A program made the position numbers and the translations under genes. This document shows, in pieces, positions 22,901 through 35,600 of a stretch of 64,000 nucleotides of DNA (the first letter of the stretch is position 1; each line of letters opens with the position of its first letter). This DNA is from Phoronis australis (lineage: Eukaryota > Animalia > Phoronida): positions 171,047 through 235,046 of the forward strand of contig NMRA01000459.1 in assembly GCA_002633005.1 (NCBI GenBank), given 5' to 3'. Below the pieces are notes generated by a model. The model was not told where the DNA came from, did not search any database, and saw nothing but the letters and a program-made list of their open reading frames with translations.

Positions 22901-25881
22901 TTCAATACAAAAATCAAGTTTTAATTTAGGCCACATATCAGTTTGAACTTGGTCACAAGTTGTGATTTCAAGCTCTCGAAAGACCTGACAGGTCGTCACT
23001 GCGTGAGACCAGACTCAACAAATTGGCTTGTCACGGCGTGTCATGTTCCAGTATAAGGCAGATCTATACCAGCCAAGAAATCACTACTTGCCTGAGCAAA
23101 GAAGATGTTGAGACCAATATTTTGTGATAAGTAGACTAAACCAAAAGTTCACTTCTTGGACAGAACTCAGGTTAATGGCGACTTGTGACATTCTATATTT
23201 AGTTAAGTGGACAGTAGGCCTACCGGTTTAACAGCCTAAAGGCCATTTTGGACTTATTTTTGAACGGGGCAAGCGTATTGAAGTCACAAGACCAGGGGCC
23301 TGTTTCAAAAAAATGACTTATGTTCATTTTTGACTTAAGTTTAAGATTTGTCTTAAATTTCAAACTTTGAAACTTCCACATTCGGTAAGTTAATCAAAAT
23401 TAAGGCAAAACTTATGTCACGCAATTAAGTCGAACTTAAGATCTCTTTCTTGAAATGGTTTTGAGACAAATTTAACTTGTATTTTAAAATTTATTAAAAT
23501 TTAAGATTTCTCTTAGCTAAGTAAGTTTTCTTGGAACGGGCCCCAGGGAGGCTATGAAACAACAAAATTCCTTTGCGATTTTGATATTTTTTTTACAAAT
23601 CCCCAATTCTTGCCGTTGTCTGCAAGTTCGTTGAATCAAAGCCGCATACGTTACCCGTTTGAAATACCTTGCCATTTATCGCCGAGTGGGATTCAGTTCC
23701 GCCAGCAAACCGTTTGACCGCAACGCTGAGGCTGATATAAGAAAATTAAATTTCTCGTCAACAATGTACCTTTAAAGCTGGATATACGAAAATTCGTACA
23801 TAGAGAATCCTACACGAGTCTCAGCTTTATGATAGGGGCAAAACCTCTTAGAAATTTCGTCAAAATCCCGAGGCTTGCCGACATTTCCAAGAGGTTTTGG
23901 CCATGTCAAAAACTTGAGACGAGTGTAGGATTTGTTTTCTCACATGAAGCGTAAGAACGATCTTTTTACTGAAAAACTCGATGTGTCTAAAACTTTCAAT
24001 CGCATGACGCAAATTTTGTAAAAACACGCTTGCGCAATGTAAAGTAATTCAGTTAATACTTTTTGTTAATAGTTTTATTTGAAACTTAACAATGGTAAAT
24101 TGCATTCAGCTTTGGTAGCAAATATCCAAGTTAGAATCTAATAAATAGTCTTTGAAGTAGTAGAAATAACTGTCAGCAAGGCTTCCCCGCGCGTGAGGAC
24201 TGAATTTGACCTTGATACAGCACAGCTACAGTATCACCGCTTTTCTTGACTAGGGCCGGTTCGTCTCCGTTTGAACGGACGTGGATATTGAACTCGCTGC
24301 TGAAGATGGGTCCGTTTAAGAAGTTTTTTGCATGTCTTTCCCACTGGGAATACATGTACGTACAGTTGCGACACCCGATTTGTCAATCATAACCTTGTCA
24401 CCTTCTCGGTATTCCGGCATTGTTTGATAGTTTTAGAGTATTGATGACGACAAAATATAAGGCGTATGGATTTCTACTTTGCACTACTTTGTGATTCGCC
24501 AATGTAATATAAAAATTACGTACTCGGTGTTATTAACCAGTCGTGTCGTAACACATTCCACGTCATTGAAGAATTCATGTTACCAGAATATCAATCGTTC
24601 TTTTGCTGGCTCCACATTGTCTTTCTCCTCTTTGAGGTCGGTAAATTGATTTCAATTCAGTTTTACCGTTAGTGTCCGAAATGATTATTTTGTGTCCTAA
24701 AGTGGAAAGTATTGCAGTACATCCGTTATCTTTGACGTCATCTTTATGTTAAAGATCGCATTAGTGAATCCGATGTCTGCATTTGTCAGACGCCCTGCCA
24801 CATCGAAGACTACCGGTTTACCCATTCAAGCGCCAAACTACGGCCGGAAACCATCGAGAAGTTGCGAGAACTTCAAGGAGACAAACTTGTACCGGCGAAT
24901 CTGACATCGTGAGTATATGTGCACTTGTTTCGCTAATAGACACAGCTTATATCTACTAAACTCTTTTTTCTGAATAAGTGAATGTGGGATATCTTACGGT
25001 AAATGTGCTTGCATAAAAAACACTACACGTTACCTTTATTGAAAGTCCTGTTCAAAGTTAGTTGCCAGCGTGGCCAATCCTGAAACCTTGTGTAATTCTG
25101 CAATTATCTAATTTTTGTTCAGAAACAACGTTGCTGTCATCAACGTGTTCTTCGAGGCGCTGAGCATGGAAAAGATTGAACAAAGAGTTGCCTATCCTTG
25201 GCCGAGTTTGTTAGGTAGGTATATATTTACACCAGAATGTTGCGTGTTGATTGATGACAATCCATTCTCATTGGTGACTGGTGCTTTGACTTTTACTCTA
25301 CTGCAGGTACTGAAAGTACTTTTGCTTGTGAATGGTGGCCAAATCTACAAGCGCAGCATTACAATGTTTTAGTCAAATAAACCCAGATTCCAAGCACAGC
25401 TTGTGTGTAATTGTTGGATTAATGTCGGAATTGAGCAATTCCGATTTGCTCTTGATTTGTTGCAAGTAACAATGGGTACGCTTAATTCACTTTTCCGGTT
25501 CCGCCGGGTCAACCGGCCAAGATATGTGATTGGTTCACGATGACGACTTCCGGACCGTAGACTAATTAGATGTCTTAGCCGGTTGATTGTGAGGAACCAG
25601 CGAAGTCAATCAATTGGAACCTATGATACTGAGAATCAATAATGATATGCAATGACATTTCAGGCGATATTGGAGGTCAAATGGGACTTTTTATTGGGGC
25701 CAGTGTGTTGACGATAGTGCACGCAATTGAATTTTGCATGAACGAATTCGCAAGAGGAGTTAAAGATCGCGCTAGGAAAAAGAATGAGAAGAGTGCAAGT
25801 TTGAGATCGAACAACAATGCAAATCGCGATTTCCAACAGGACCCAACACTGCCAACTGTTTTGAAGGAAGAGTCTTTGTAA
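16969..25881 (+). CDS. ASIC: Acid-sensing ion channel (DEG/ENaC superfamily, ASIC clade), about 513 aa, 7 coding exons
   Basis: Exons 16969-17257, 19879-20441, 21388-21550, 22171-22233, 24755-24908, 25123-25214 and 25664-25881; all introns GT-AG with matching phases, 1542 nt in total. Motifs: pre-TM1 FHG, TM1, PHVTKVD, FPAFTVCN, GNCYTFN, GAGNGL, Cys-rich thumb, and TM2 LLGDIGGQMGLFIGAS. The start is uncertain because an acceptor-like AG at 16994 could imply an upstream exon. Confidence 0.95.
17985..18459 (+). mobile_element. 5'-truncated L1/Tx1-type LINE 3' end with A-rich tail
   Basis: FNILLLLAKQYIYKERCHK ... FSAKWEKF (typical ORF2 C-terminus), a TG/T-rich 3' UTR, AATAAA at about 18422, and an A-rich tail to 18459. 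Confidence 0.75.
18790..19025 (-). pseudogene. Frameshifted THAP zinc-finger remnant (transposase N-terminus)
   Basis: SCMYGECNNS...IFAFPKD.../KWHRFMRRTRA.../VCSAHFEESCF gives the C..C, FP, W and CxxHF THAP signature across frameshifts. Confidence 0.8.
22500..22644. mobile_element. Two tandem ~72-bp hairpin elements, same family as 41665-41737
   Basis: Inverted ends catgggcggcgca...tgcgctgcccatg around an aaaaagtggggg...cagccccc core. Confidence 0.7.
23296..23543. mobile_element. MITE, PIF/Harbinger-type
   Basis: Imperfect TIRs gggcctgtttcaa...ttggaacgggccc flanked by a CAG duplication (23293-23295, 23544-23546), with internal cttaag repeats. Confidence 0.75.
23806..23932. repeat. Imperfect foldback repeat, possibly a non-autonomous element
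   Basis: Arms aatcctacacgagtctca/tgagacgagtgtaggatt and caaaacctcttagaaat/atttccaagaggttttg around ccgaggcttgccga. Confidence 0.65.
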
Positions 25882-27859
25882 GCGCTGCCCAGAATCCACG
25901 TCACTTCGTTCGTATTCGTCTGAAACAGCACCTACTATTTACAGCGCAGATAGTGGTACTTGTGTATATGGCGATAACGAGGTTTAAAGTGCTTAAAATT
26001 GTCAATTTCATTACAGAAACACCAAAAAAAAAAACAACCCCAGTGGATCAGCTGTCAAATTAGAACACCCGGAAACACTATCTGGCGAAATGTTAATTAG
26101 CTGATCTAGAGTTACTTTCATTTATTGGTCGATACATACCAGTTAGTGTCGTAAAATCGAGACAGCCATTCACGGCAGTAGTCATAATCCATTGTGTTTA
26201 GAAAAGTCGTCAGATTCTCCTGCCAGTTTTCACGTGGTTTATGGTATAATAGCGATTGTCAATGCGTTGCGCTTGTGTGGTTGGGAATACTTAGTGCAGT
26301 TTATAGGACCTCGCTGTGGCTCTCTTCACTTCCCCCATAAGACACCACAGAAGCGCGGATATGACAGTACAAGTTTCTTCAAGAACGTTGCGTGTTGACG
26401 GACATGACACAATGGCGCGTCGTTGCCTTGATTTATTCCATTTTGAAAATCACGGTTTTCCCTTGGGTATCGCTGTGAGGTACTTCTGCTCCCAAAACAA
26501 ATCATTTACAACTATAAAACTAGTCTCAACGTGTATCTTATTCACATTAAAAGCGATGTCTAAATTTGGAAGGAACTGGTAAGTCGTTATTGATGCAATG
26601 GCAGGGGCATAAAAGCCCACGCTAGGTAACGCCAGGCTTTGAGCCTCATTCAGGGAAATAACAGAACGGTCAGATTTTTATGAATGCTGTTGTTCATGTA
26701 AAGCAACATTAATGTACAGTTTCGTTTTAGATCCAATTAAGTCAGGGCTACGAGTTGTGTAATTTTGCAATGTTCGATATGTACCAGTTGTAGTTTGGGT
26801 TACATGGAGGACACTTTTTGTACTGGCGGCGTGTAGAAAACATGTTTAGTATATTGTTGATTGTAATTCACGGGTGTGATATTATTATCTGCCATCAGCG
26901 TTTGACCGTCTTTATGTAAAGATAAGAGTGACACCGGAAGCGAGTGCCCATCTTGCTACATCTTGTGTCGGCTGCTCACTTTACGGATGGATGCGAATAC
27001 CCGGGGTCCAAGGACCGTTCCCTGCTCCCATATTGCTACAATGGAAGAGTGAACGAAAATGCCCCCCCATGTCAGTACCAGTGTCAGGTCTCTTCTTGTC
27101 GTAGTCGTAGAATTCAGGAAATGATAGTGCAATCGTTCGGAAATATCCGAAGGAAGGGCGTAATAAGAGACTGTAACCAATGGAACGGTGCAGGTTACTA
27201 CGTCAGCACTGAACAGTTAATTATGTTAACTCACTGACGTCAATAAAACCAATGTTGTGTACTTTAATCTAGTGGTTTGGTTTATGTTAAAGTTTTTGAA
27301 GGATGTTAGAAAAAGTGTCCAAAAATGGCTGATTTTGGAGCATCACATCTCATCAATGGCTGGTCGGATTCAAATGAAACTTTAAATACTAAGCTTTGTG
27401 CGATGTTCTCTAACATTTTGTTTGGAACTGATTTTAAAAGCATCTACTTTTCCAAGAAGGCCTGTCAACGCTTTTATAATTTTCATGAAAATATCAGAAG
27501 TTCCATAAACCGAAAAGGAAGTGATAATTTAGAAAACTGTAACATCTCTTTTGGGATTTCATCTTGACCATTCTATCAAGAGAAACTTGCCCGTGTCAGC
27601 GCGATGCCGTGTTGCTATTGATGTTGCCTCTTTTAGCTAAATTTTACAAAAAAATGACATGGCCACCTGACTCAACCAAAGACAGAATGGTCTTGAATCA
27701 AAATCAAATTCTACAGGTTTTCTCAGCACATTAAGAATATATACACTTTTACTGGGTTTAATTTTTTGGCATTGCATAGACTTGTTGATAAGGTCCTACA
27801 CTGGCTGAAGCACCTTGCGCGTGAATGGTCTTGATGCATTTTCAACTCAATCCCTGTGA

Positions 27860-27860
27860 T

Positions 27861-27918
<58 letters not shown>

Positions 27919-28048
27919 GTTTATATGCAGATGTGGGGTTATTATTTGAAACCTTGCAGCGGGGTAAAATTTTGAGACCTTGTTCCGGGGTATATATAAA
28001 ATATATAGCCCGCAATTATATANATATATATATATATATATATATATA
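27860..28048. repeat. (CA)n(TA)n and (TA)n microsatellites
   Basis: Seen directly; a single N lies at 28023 inside the second tract. Confidence 0.95.
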
Positions 28049-29364
28049 CTCTACACCTGCGGTACACATGTACACAGACCTGTGATACATCTGTACCCGA
28101 GCATACGATGTACATGTATGTGTACTCAGACCTGTAATACACTACTTGCACACGCTTTTCATGCACTGCATTTGTTTGGACTTAACCAGGGAATCGGGGT
28201 TCCTTTGATTTTGTTTACTTCGGTCACAGACCGTTTTAATAAATTGCAACTATTAAAGTCAAAGGTGGTTGCCAAACTACGTAACAGTAAACTGAAAGGG
28301 GTTTCCCAGATTTCAACCACTGTGAAAGAGTGTACAACTCCCCAAGTACTTTTCTCCAAGTGAAAATCAAGTTTTCATGGTGAGTTTTCGTTCGCCCGAA
28401 AGGACTAATTTTGATCGGTTGGGAGACTTGATGTTTTTGTGCAATATGCGCCGCGATTTTTAGATTGAAGTATTTATCTCTCTTTTAACTGATAATTATT
28501 TTATTTTCAGAAATTCTGTCAAACTGTTGCACATTGGCAGCAGTCGTTAGTTCACTAAATCGTCGTATGATAGCACCATGAGCCGCCATGTTGAAGAAGC
28601 AAATTCGCCGTTCAAAAGTTGTTACAAAGAGTTTTTGTTGCTTAAATGATGGAAGCCTTCATGTTACGAAAGTTAATAGTGGATATGTTTTCCCAAATGG
28701 TCTTTGTGCCATGATACGATCTAGTAGTAATATTGATCTGTTGGTGGAAGAAATTAGCAGCTTGCCAATTAGTGAATGAGAATAAATTAATGACCTTTAT
28801 AATATTAATTCCTCTGCTGTAAAATATCTTCTATTTTTTCATATGGCGGATTTCAGCTGTGCTTTAACTCGTACGCCTGTCGTAGATAAAATTTCGAGTT
28901 TGAGCAAGCAACCGTTGTGTTGACTTTGACCTAGGGCTGACCCCTAGGTCAAAGTCAAGAACTGGTGTGTAATTTGCTTCTTCTTGTAGCTCATTTTAAC
29001 ACGTAACTTATAATTTAATTGCAAGAACGGGTGTATCTTGAGTTTGATCTTGACATTATGTGCTACTCTTGGTTGAAGCACAACGAACACTCGGCTTTTG
29101 CCGGAAAATTTCCGATGCCTAACCGCACGTTCACCCATCGGCAACTACCCGATTTCACAGTAGGACTAAGTTAGTATCCAGCAACCCGTGGTTCTTCAGT
29201 TATAAACAACGTTATTTAACAAAATCAGAGTTTAAATACAATCAAACCGACAGTAAATTATGTGAAGGGCACTCCAGTAACACATTCGTTGGAGCGCGAA
29301 AACAGAGCTTTGGAATTGCTTCGGGAGCGTCTGTGAAAACCCGGATTACAACGGTCCTCTGCCA

Positions 29365-30659
29365 TGAACGTCACAAAATAAAATAATTCAGAAAAATTGA
29401 GTCAAATACTGGAATTTGTTTCTTGGATTAGCGAATTTGCGTCCGTCGCTCACGTACTTTAGCTTGGGTAGTGATGTTATTATCGTTCTGGCCAGTAGGT
29501 GGCGTTTTAACCAGACGACGCGGCTTCAGGGTACCATCACATAAGTGTGACAGATGGAACACAACCTTTTTTCATGTCATTTTTAGTAAAAGTATGATAC
29601 GTTGATTAAACCAGACAATTTTTTTGATGATGAAGGTCCTGTAAAACAACGCTGTTGATTCCCAGCAGTGCCTCGTCGCGACACTCGATCCCGAGGAGTG
29701 CATCTTTGAAGCGAGAAACCTCGCTAGCTGTGGCGTCTCCAGTGACTGGAGCCCTTTCATCTAATGTCAGCCGTACTCCGAACCTACCCCAGGCCACGCA
29801 ATTTCGGGAACTAGCAATGATTCGCTCTGTGCTGGTGTTGTCTCCAGTCTGTAAGCAGCCCTGCAGAGATGTCGAGTAGTGGGAGTGAATACAGGTCCAG
29901 TTCGACACCGTCCCAGTCGGTGACGGAGGAGGACAGTTCGTCGTCCAGTGAACAGGTCGGTGAGCCAAACTTTGATATTTTTATTGTAGACTTGACTAAA
30001 GTTTTGGAGGTATTTAGAAGGTACCAGGTGTCTGGCGAGGGAGTCACACGACGAGATGTAAGCGGTTTGAGTGCTCAAGTCACCATCCAGTGGGAGCAGC
30101 ATTCAGTTGGAATTCCATTGAGGTTGTCATAACAATACACACCGTGCATTTGGATTCAGGACCACGTCTGTTCGCAGTCGAGATCTGCTTCACACCTCTC
30201 AACAGTTGTCTGTGCGTAGGCCTACTCTGCTTCACTAAACACGGGCTCAAACATTTTCCATCCCACTGACTGTTGATGAAAAAATTCCTCTACACCACGT
30301 CACTGTGTCTGTGATATGGGTCGCCGACTTCAGCCTTTTTCAGGCTACTACAAACTAAATGATCCCTAAATCCAACGTAGTTCTCTAACAACCTAGCTTG
30401 TAGATTACCCGTCGATGGGAATGGTGACGACGGCAACGTTAGGAAACCAGGACGAAAACAACAGTACAACAGATCCCACAGTAAACTCAAAGGCAGAAAC
30501 AAAATGACGGAAAAATTTTAACCTCCTAAACGTCACTTCCGGAGTAGGGTACGACTAGTTAATAAAATTACGGGAATCCGTAATTAACTAAAACATATGT
30601 CTGGGATAATCAACGAACCGTAGTTTTACTAAAAATGATATAAAAAGTTGGCTTCTCCT
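29365..30659. mobile_element. Internally deleted Kolobok-like transposon with convergent transposase (+) and KolX-like (-) remnants
   Basis: Right end CTCCT-TTAA. The plus strand has a Ser/acidic tract then FIVDLTKVLEVFRR, resembling the transposase pre-zinc-finger segment. The minus strand at about 30090-30255 reads MFEPVFSEAE...W..CTVCIVMTTSME../CC, matching the PYxFEP..WCxCxxCxxMxTxxExxCC pattern of KolX. The left end was not located. Confidence 0.6.
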
Positions 30660-30935
30660 TTAATCCACCTTGTTTGTTCAGAGAGGGCTCTCGATGCGTT
30701 CGAATAGAGTTTCTTTGACACCCCTTTGGAACCAATCTTCCTCATAGTCTATGATAGTGACATCATCAGTATTAAAATAATGTCCAGTGGCACATAAGTG
30801 GCTACTAGCTGAATCATGCGTGTCCCCGTATAGGGCGACCATGTTGTGACAAGCATTTTTAAGAACCGTTTCGTTTCACCTATAGCTGTCTGAGCACTGG
30901 CGATCCTTAGTAAGTTACACTGATAACGCAATGGC
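30660..30935 (-). mobile_element. Penelope-like GIY-YIG endonuclease remnant
   Basis: IGETKRFLK ... EEDWFQRGVKETLFERIESP/LNKQGGL, cut at the TTAA where the Kolobok-like end begins. Confidence 0.75.
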
Positions 30936-31175
30936 AGATCTAGGATAACACAAGGGGTGGCCCAACAATTTGTTCGGCTATAAGCATTTGCGCAAACCGC
31001 GATTGTAGATGCGTATAGCACCGAATGGGGGGAGGTCGGGAGGGTGGTAAACCCCCTTCCGACCCAGGAAATTTTTCTTTTTCCTCTAAAAACCAAGCAT
31101 TTTCCTTGATTCCTGAAGTATTATCCAAGAAAAAAGGAAAAAAAAACACGGAGAACGTGTCAAACAGTAAAAACA

Positions 31176-31246
31176 GCCCGTACCACAGACTTGAACTCAC
31201 GACCTGGCGGATAGAGCGCGCCTGTTTACCACTACACTACCACGAT
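31176..31246 (-). mobile_element. tRNA-derived SINE head or tRNA pseudogene
   Basis: Minus strand shows an A box (TAGTGTAGTGG) and a B box (GAGTTCAAGTC) at tRNA spacing, with no good acceptor stem. Confidence 0.6.
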
Positions 31247-32346
31247 TTGAACACTAATCTTGTGCTAAGAGACCTACTTGTTTATGGTCCACAACGTTTG
31301 CGCGCGAAACCTACTTCTTTTTGTAATGCTTATTACACGTTTTATATTTTGTGCAATCGGTTCTTAACAAATTTGTTGTATTTAAAATAGTCTTCAAATG
31401 CCCAAAAGACCAAATCCGTTTTTCGTGTTGGCAATAATGACGGGATTGATTTAAGTTAAGGTTTGACAAAGAGAAAATTATGAGTTTCTGAGTGATTCAT
31501 TAAGGCTTCGATTAAAATTCACATCTTACCAGCAGTTTCTGTTTTTTCATCGCCACTCAGGTTCCATTTTCTTTAAAAAATGAAGTAAATTTTCTTCATT
31601 GCACAGTGGAGCAGACGACGGAAACGGAGTCGTAGTGCGCAGCGCCACTGCCGGTCGCCTGGGATATCGCGGGAGAGCTTGTACTTAGCCATAGTTCCGT
31701 TACGAATGCGTCGTGTTCCGAATTTGACACTTAAAATTAGATCTGAGCCCCCCACCAAACACTAAAACTGCACACATTTAAATCTTGTTTCGTCCGTATA
31801 ATTTTAATTACCGGGGTTAATTAATAAACTCAACATTTCCCTACGCTCTTGCTGTTTTATTTTTTTTGCGGCAGCAAGGGGGGGAGGGAGGGCCCCCTGC
31901 CCCCTCCTTTAATCCGCCTATGTAACGCCATAAAATACACATGACTTATTACCCTCAGGGGTCTTGTCCTTGACATTAACCAGTTAAATGATTAAGTTTA
32001 TGGATGATAGAATTGCCAAGTTGAATTATTTGAGAGGCGAACGCGAAGTCGCTAACTCAAGTAAACAAATTCCAGTATTTGACTCAATTTTTCTGTATTT
32101 TGTAACCTCGACTGGATGTCTAAAAACTTTCATGCTTTTGTCCCAAAATAAGGTCCTTGAATTTGGCATATGCATTTTTGACGTTTTTGTCGTCAAACCA
32201 CCACTCTAAAGTTATTTGATGTGATCAAGTGAGAGAAGGTATTAAAGATTTGCTCGATGCTGATTTCGTAGAGTTCCATGCACATTTGAGTAGAAAATTC
32301 TGAGCAAACTGATTTTTAGTGTCTAACTTTTATGTTTTATTAGTAG

Positions 32347-32370
32347 TGACTGACGTCAGTCATTATAAAG
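32347..32370 (+). promoter_or_regulatory. 16-bp perfect palindrome with a full CRE, directly followed by a TATA-like box
   Basis: TGACTGACGTCAGTCA (32347-32362) then TTATAAAG, about 280 bp upstream of the ATG at 32641. Confidence 0.5.
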
Positions 32371-32640
32371 GAACAGATAAAGTCAACCGCCTGTGTTAAG
32401 GGTGTCATTTCAGCAGCTTCCTATCGGGTGATAGCACGATGGAGCTACGTTTTCAGCGTTTTCTATTACGTGCCCGTGTAACTGGGTGTCGTACACGTGT
32501 CACGAATTTGTCGTCAGATTTTAAACGCCTATTGTTCAAAATCTAATACTGCACATGGCTTTCTTTTCTATTACGCCGTAGCTCTCGGCATATAGCTTTT
32601 AAGGTACGCAAAATATTGTACATATGCACCAGGCGAATTA

Positions 32641-33294
32641 ATGGAGACACAGGTATTACCTTTCTGTAAAGGACGCTGTTTTGTGAAGCCGGAGGCACCC
32701 AGACTGGTCAAGAAGGCTGCCTTGCTTCTCCGACTGAGTCTTCCGATTGCCGTCGTGGCCACCACTATTACTGGTCTTCACATTGTTATGAAGGTGAGCG
32801 ATAAATTGACAGTCTGCGGCTATGTTGGTGTTAAAGATTTGTTTGCGACAGTGCTTTACGTTTGTGTCGGCTTCGCGTCGACTGGCCTCCTAGCAACTGT
32901 GTTCTCCAGTGTCGTTTTGGTGATGAACAAATCGTATATTTCAAAGTTGCCACACAACCCGGATTCAACGACTCTGCCAACTGTTTATCACCCTGGGCAT
33001 TTCCACCACACAGCTAATAACGCATACTTGGCTGTTGACCAGCCAACAGGGAAAGACCATCGCCTACCTTCCGCAATGCAAGCTGGAGAAGGGTTTTCCA
33101 CGGAATTGGATTACGCAAAGACTCCAGCAATGCCTGTGCAATCCTTTCAGCAACAACTTGCTACATTTCCGTCTGCGGCCAATATGGAAGCTGGAGAGTC
33201 AATAATTCTGCAACCACCAGTTCTGACGACGACTCAGCCAATGACGAACATGTACCCACCTCCTTCCTACGCAAATTCTGTTCTGCATCCCTAA
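32641..33294 (+). CDS. Uncharacterised 2-TM membrane protein with C-terminal PPxY motif (paralog A), 217 aa
   Basis: Uninterrupted ATG ORF with good Kozak context at +4, two hydrophobic helices and a P/Q/T-rich tail ending YPPPSYANSV. The N-terminus aligns without gaps to 36917..37543. Confidence 0.85.
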   Translation: METQVLPFCKGRCFVKPEAPRLVKKAALLLRLSLPIAVVATTITGLHIVMKVSDKLTVCGYVGVKDLFATVLYVCVGFASTGLLATVFSSVVLVMNKSYISKLPHNPDSTTLPTVYHPGHFHHTANNAYLAVDQPTGKDHRLPSAMQAGEGFSTELDYAKTPAMPVQSFQQQLATFPSAANMEAGESIILQPPVLTTTQPMTNMYPPPSYANSVLHP

Positions 33295-34849
33295 CGTACA
33301 GTCCGACGAGCGTCATCACTGAGCAATAGTTACTCACGGTTTTATTGAAGTCTATGCTCCTTGTGTAAACCTACAGTTTTGTGTCTTCACCTTTAGATCA
33401 CGTAAAGATAAACGCATATCAGTTAGAATCTACTATTTTCTTGACGGGGATTTTTCTCACAGTGTGGCGTAGCCTTGGTACAAAGCTGTACACTAAATAC
33501 GTACATGTATACAGTTTTTCGCCGATGTGAGTAAAAAACTGACCAGATAAAATCTGCCACGAAATCAGAGACATCAAAGACTACTCTCTTCCTTGAGTAA
33601 ACTAAATTTAGAGTGTTGGAAAATTTGGCGTTCTTCCATTATTGTGCTGCTTAAATTGTGGAGCGATCTTTTGCGTCAGCTCTCGGCGTCATGAATATTG
33701 CGTCAACTATTGGCCAGTTTCTTTTTTCGCCAATTCTGCAATCAATTGTTGTTATTCCACGAGGTTGCGTACACGTCACTAGAAATTATCGTAACTGGTT
33801 TCACTTCATTACAAGTGTTTAGAATTTGGTACCAGCAATACGAATTTCAAAACAAATTTGCTGCTGCAAAGCTGTCACTATCTCCTGAGAGATGTCGCAA
33901 AAAAATTGAAAATGGCGCGTGCGTGTGACACGAGTGTTCTGTTTTGAAAAAGACGACACTGAGCTGGCTGGCTCGCTAGGTAGCGGCGGTGCCTTTTGTT
34001 TTGATGGTAGCGCGTCTTTTCCTCTTTTTCGGTCTGTTTCTTAAGAAAGTGAGTTTAAAGCCCTACCCCCTTGGATTCGACACTCCATAAGCAGCTGCTG
34101 ACCGTTTCATGAAACTTTTTCTGTTTTAACTTAGGCCCAAATCAGGCTCACTTCAAAACCAAAATGTGTTAGCCTCGTCAAAATTAAGTTCGAAATCGCT
34201 CTGAGTTAATATTGAAAGTTAGCATGCTACATAGTTTTTACACACCCCCATCTGAAATGTACATGACAACTCCTTATCGGTATTCATTTGGTTAAGGACA
34301 TTTTCTGATATGAGGGTACACAGCTTAAAGATCTAAGTTTATACACAACGCAAACTCACTAAACTTGTCCTTATTACCAGCTCTGTCAATGTTTTCTACT
34401 CATAACTTTCTAGTCTCTGGATTTTTCGGGAACTCGTAATATTAAGACGTCGGTAATAGTCGGATAAATTGGTCCCATTTCAAATTCTGTCAGGAATACT
34501 TAAAAAATAAAATGAAGTGTCGTAATATACAATTGCCAACTCTCATGGATCACGCGCGCCACTCCACTCTCACCTTTTCGTGAAATCTACAACATTTGAG
34601 AAGATACGGAGACAATATTGTTAACAAATTAATAAGCAATTATACAGTTGAGAAGGTGCATAGTGCAGATTGAAAACAAATATGTACACTGTACACGGTC
34701 TTAATTTTGGGAATGGGTCTGAGCCACTAATTTTAGTGTATGATGAAAGAGAGCAACAGAGGGAGCACCTGCAGTGCCTAATAAGTTGGGATTGTTGCAC
34801 AATCTAATGGTAGGCCTAGATGCCCGGGAGGAAGCTATATACATGAAAA

Positions 34850-35600
34850 TAAATTTTGTCTACTATATGGAATACGCAATGAGAGTGGATGGTCGTGCCT
34901 AGAAGAGCGAGTAGGCGGTAATGGAGATTTAGGAAGTATAGTCATCAGCATTGATAAACAAGTTTCATGACCGCTATTTTCCAGAGATCTCCAGTTTAGA
35001 TGATGAAGCATGTCCGACACACAATAGCTTTGTCTATATACATTAGTTATGTATCTGGTTGCTATGCGCTGGACCATGTCAATCATTTCTGACATTTTGT
35101 TCAGTGTATGGGTCCAGACGCTAGAGTAGTAATCTAAGACGGGCTTTACAAGTGATTTGCAGGCATTTCCTTTAACACGTGAATTGCTCACATGTAAATC
35201 CCTTCGTAAATAGCCTAGTTTCTTCTTGGCATTTGTAGTTATGGTGTCTACATGTGAGTTCCATGATAGGACAGATGAGTACGTCCGAGGTACTTAGTTG
35301 AGTCAACGAGTTTGATAGTGAGGATGATAATGGGAATTAATAGGATTTTTACCCCAGCAAACACGACGTAGTACTTGGCACTTCTCATGGTGGAGTTCCA
35401 TGAGCAATCTAGTCTCCCAGGCGGCAAGCCTGTCAAGGTCTTGTTGGAGCTTCGCTGAATGATCATTATTCGCTTTTAAGTGTCAGATAGGTTATGGTGT
35501 CATCTGCAAAAAGGCCAGTTTTGGTTTTTTTTTGGTTTCAGCAATGTCACTTGTATAAAACAGAACAGGGTCCCAGGACCGATGCCTCAGGCACTCCAAA
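34850..35600 (-). mobile_element. Decayed CR1/L2/Crack-type LINE reverse transcriptase C-terminal half
   Basis: GVPEASVLGP, FADD, KYLG, KSLVKPVLDY.SSVW, VQRIATRYI and SDMLHHLNWRSLE appear in order across frameshifts. Confidence 0.85.

Noticed and set aside
31176-31246. Functional tRNA gene
   Set aside because: A and B boxes are present but no convincing acceptor and anticodon stems; better read as a SINE head.
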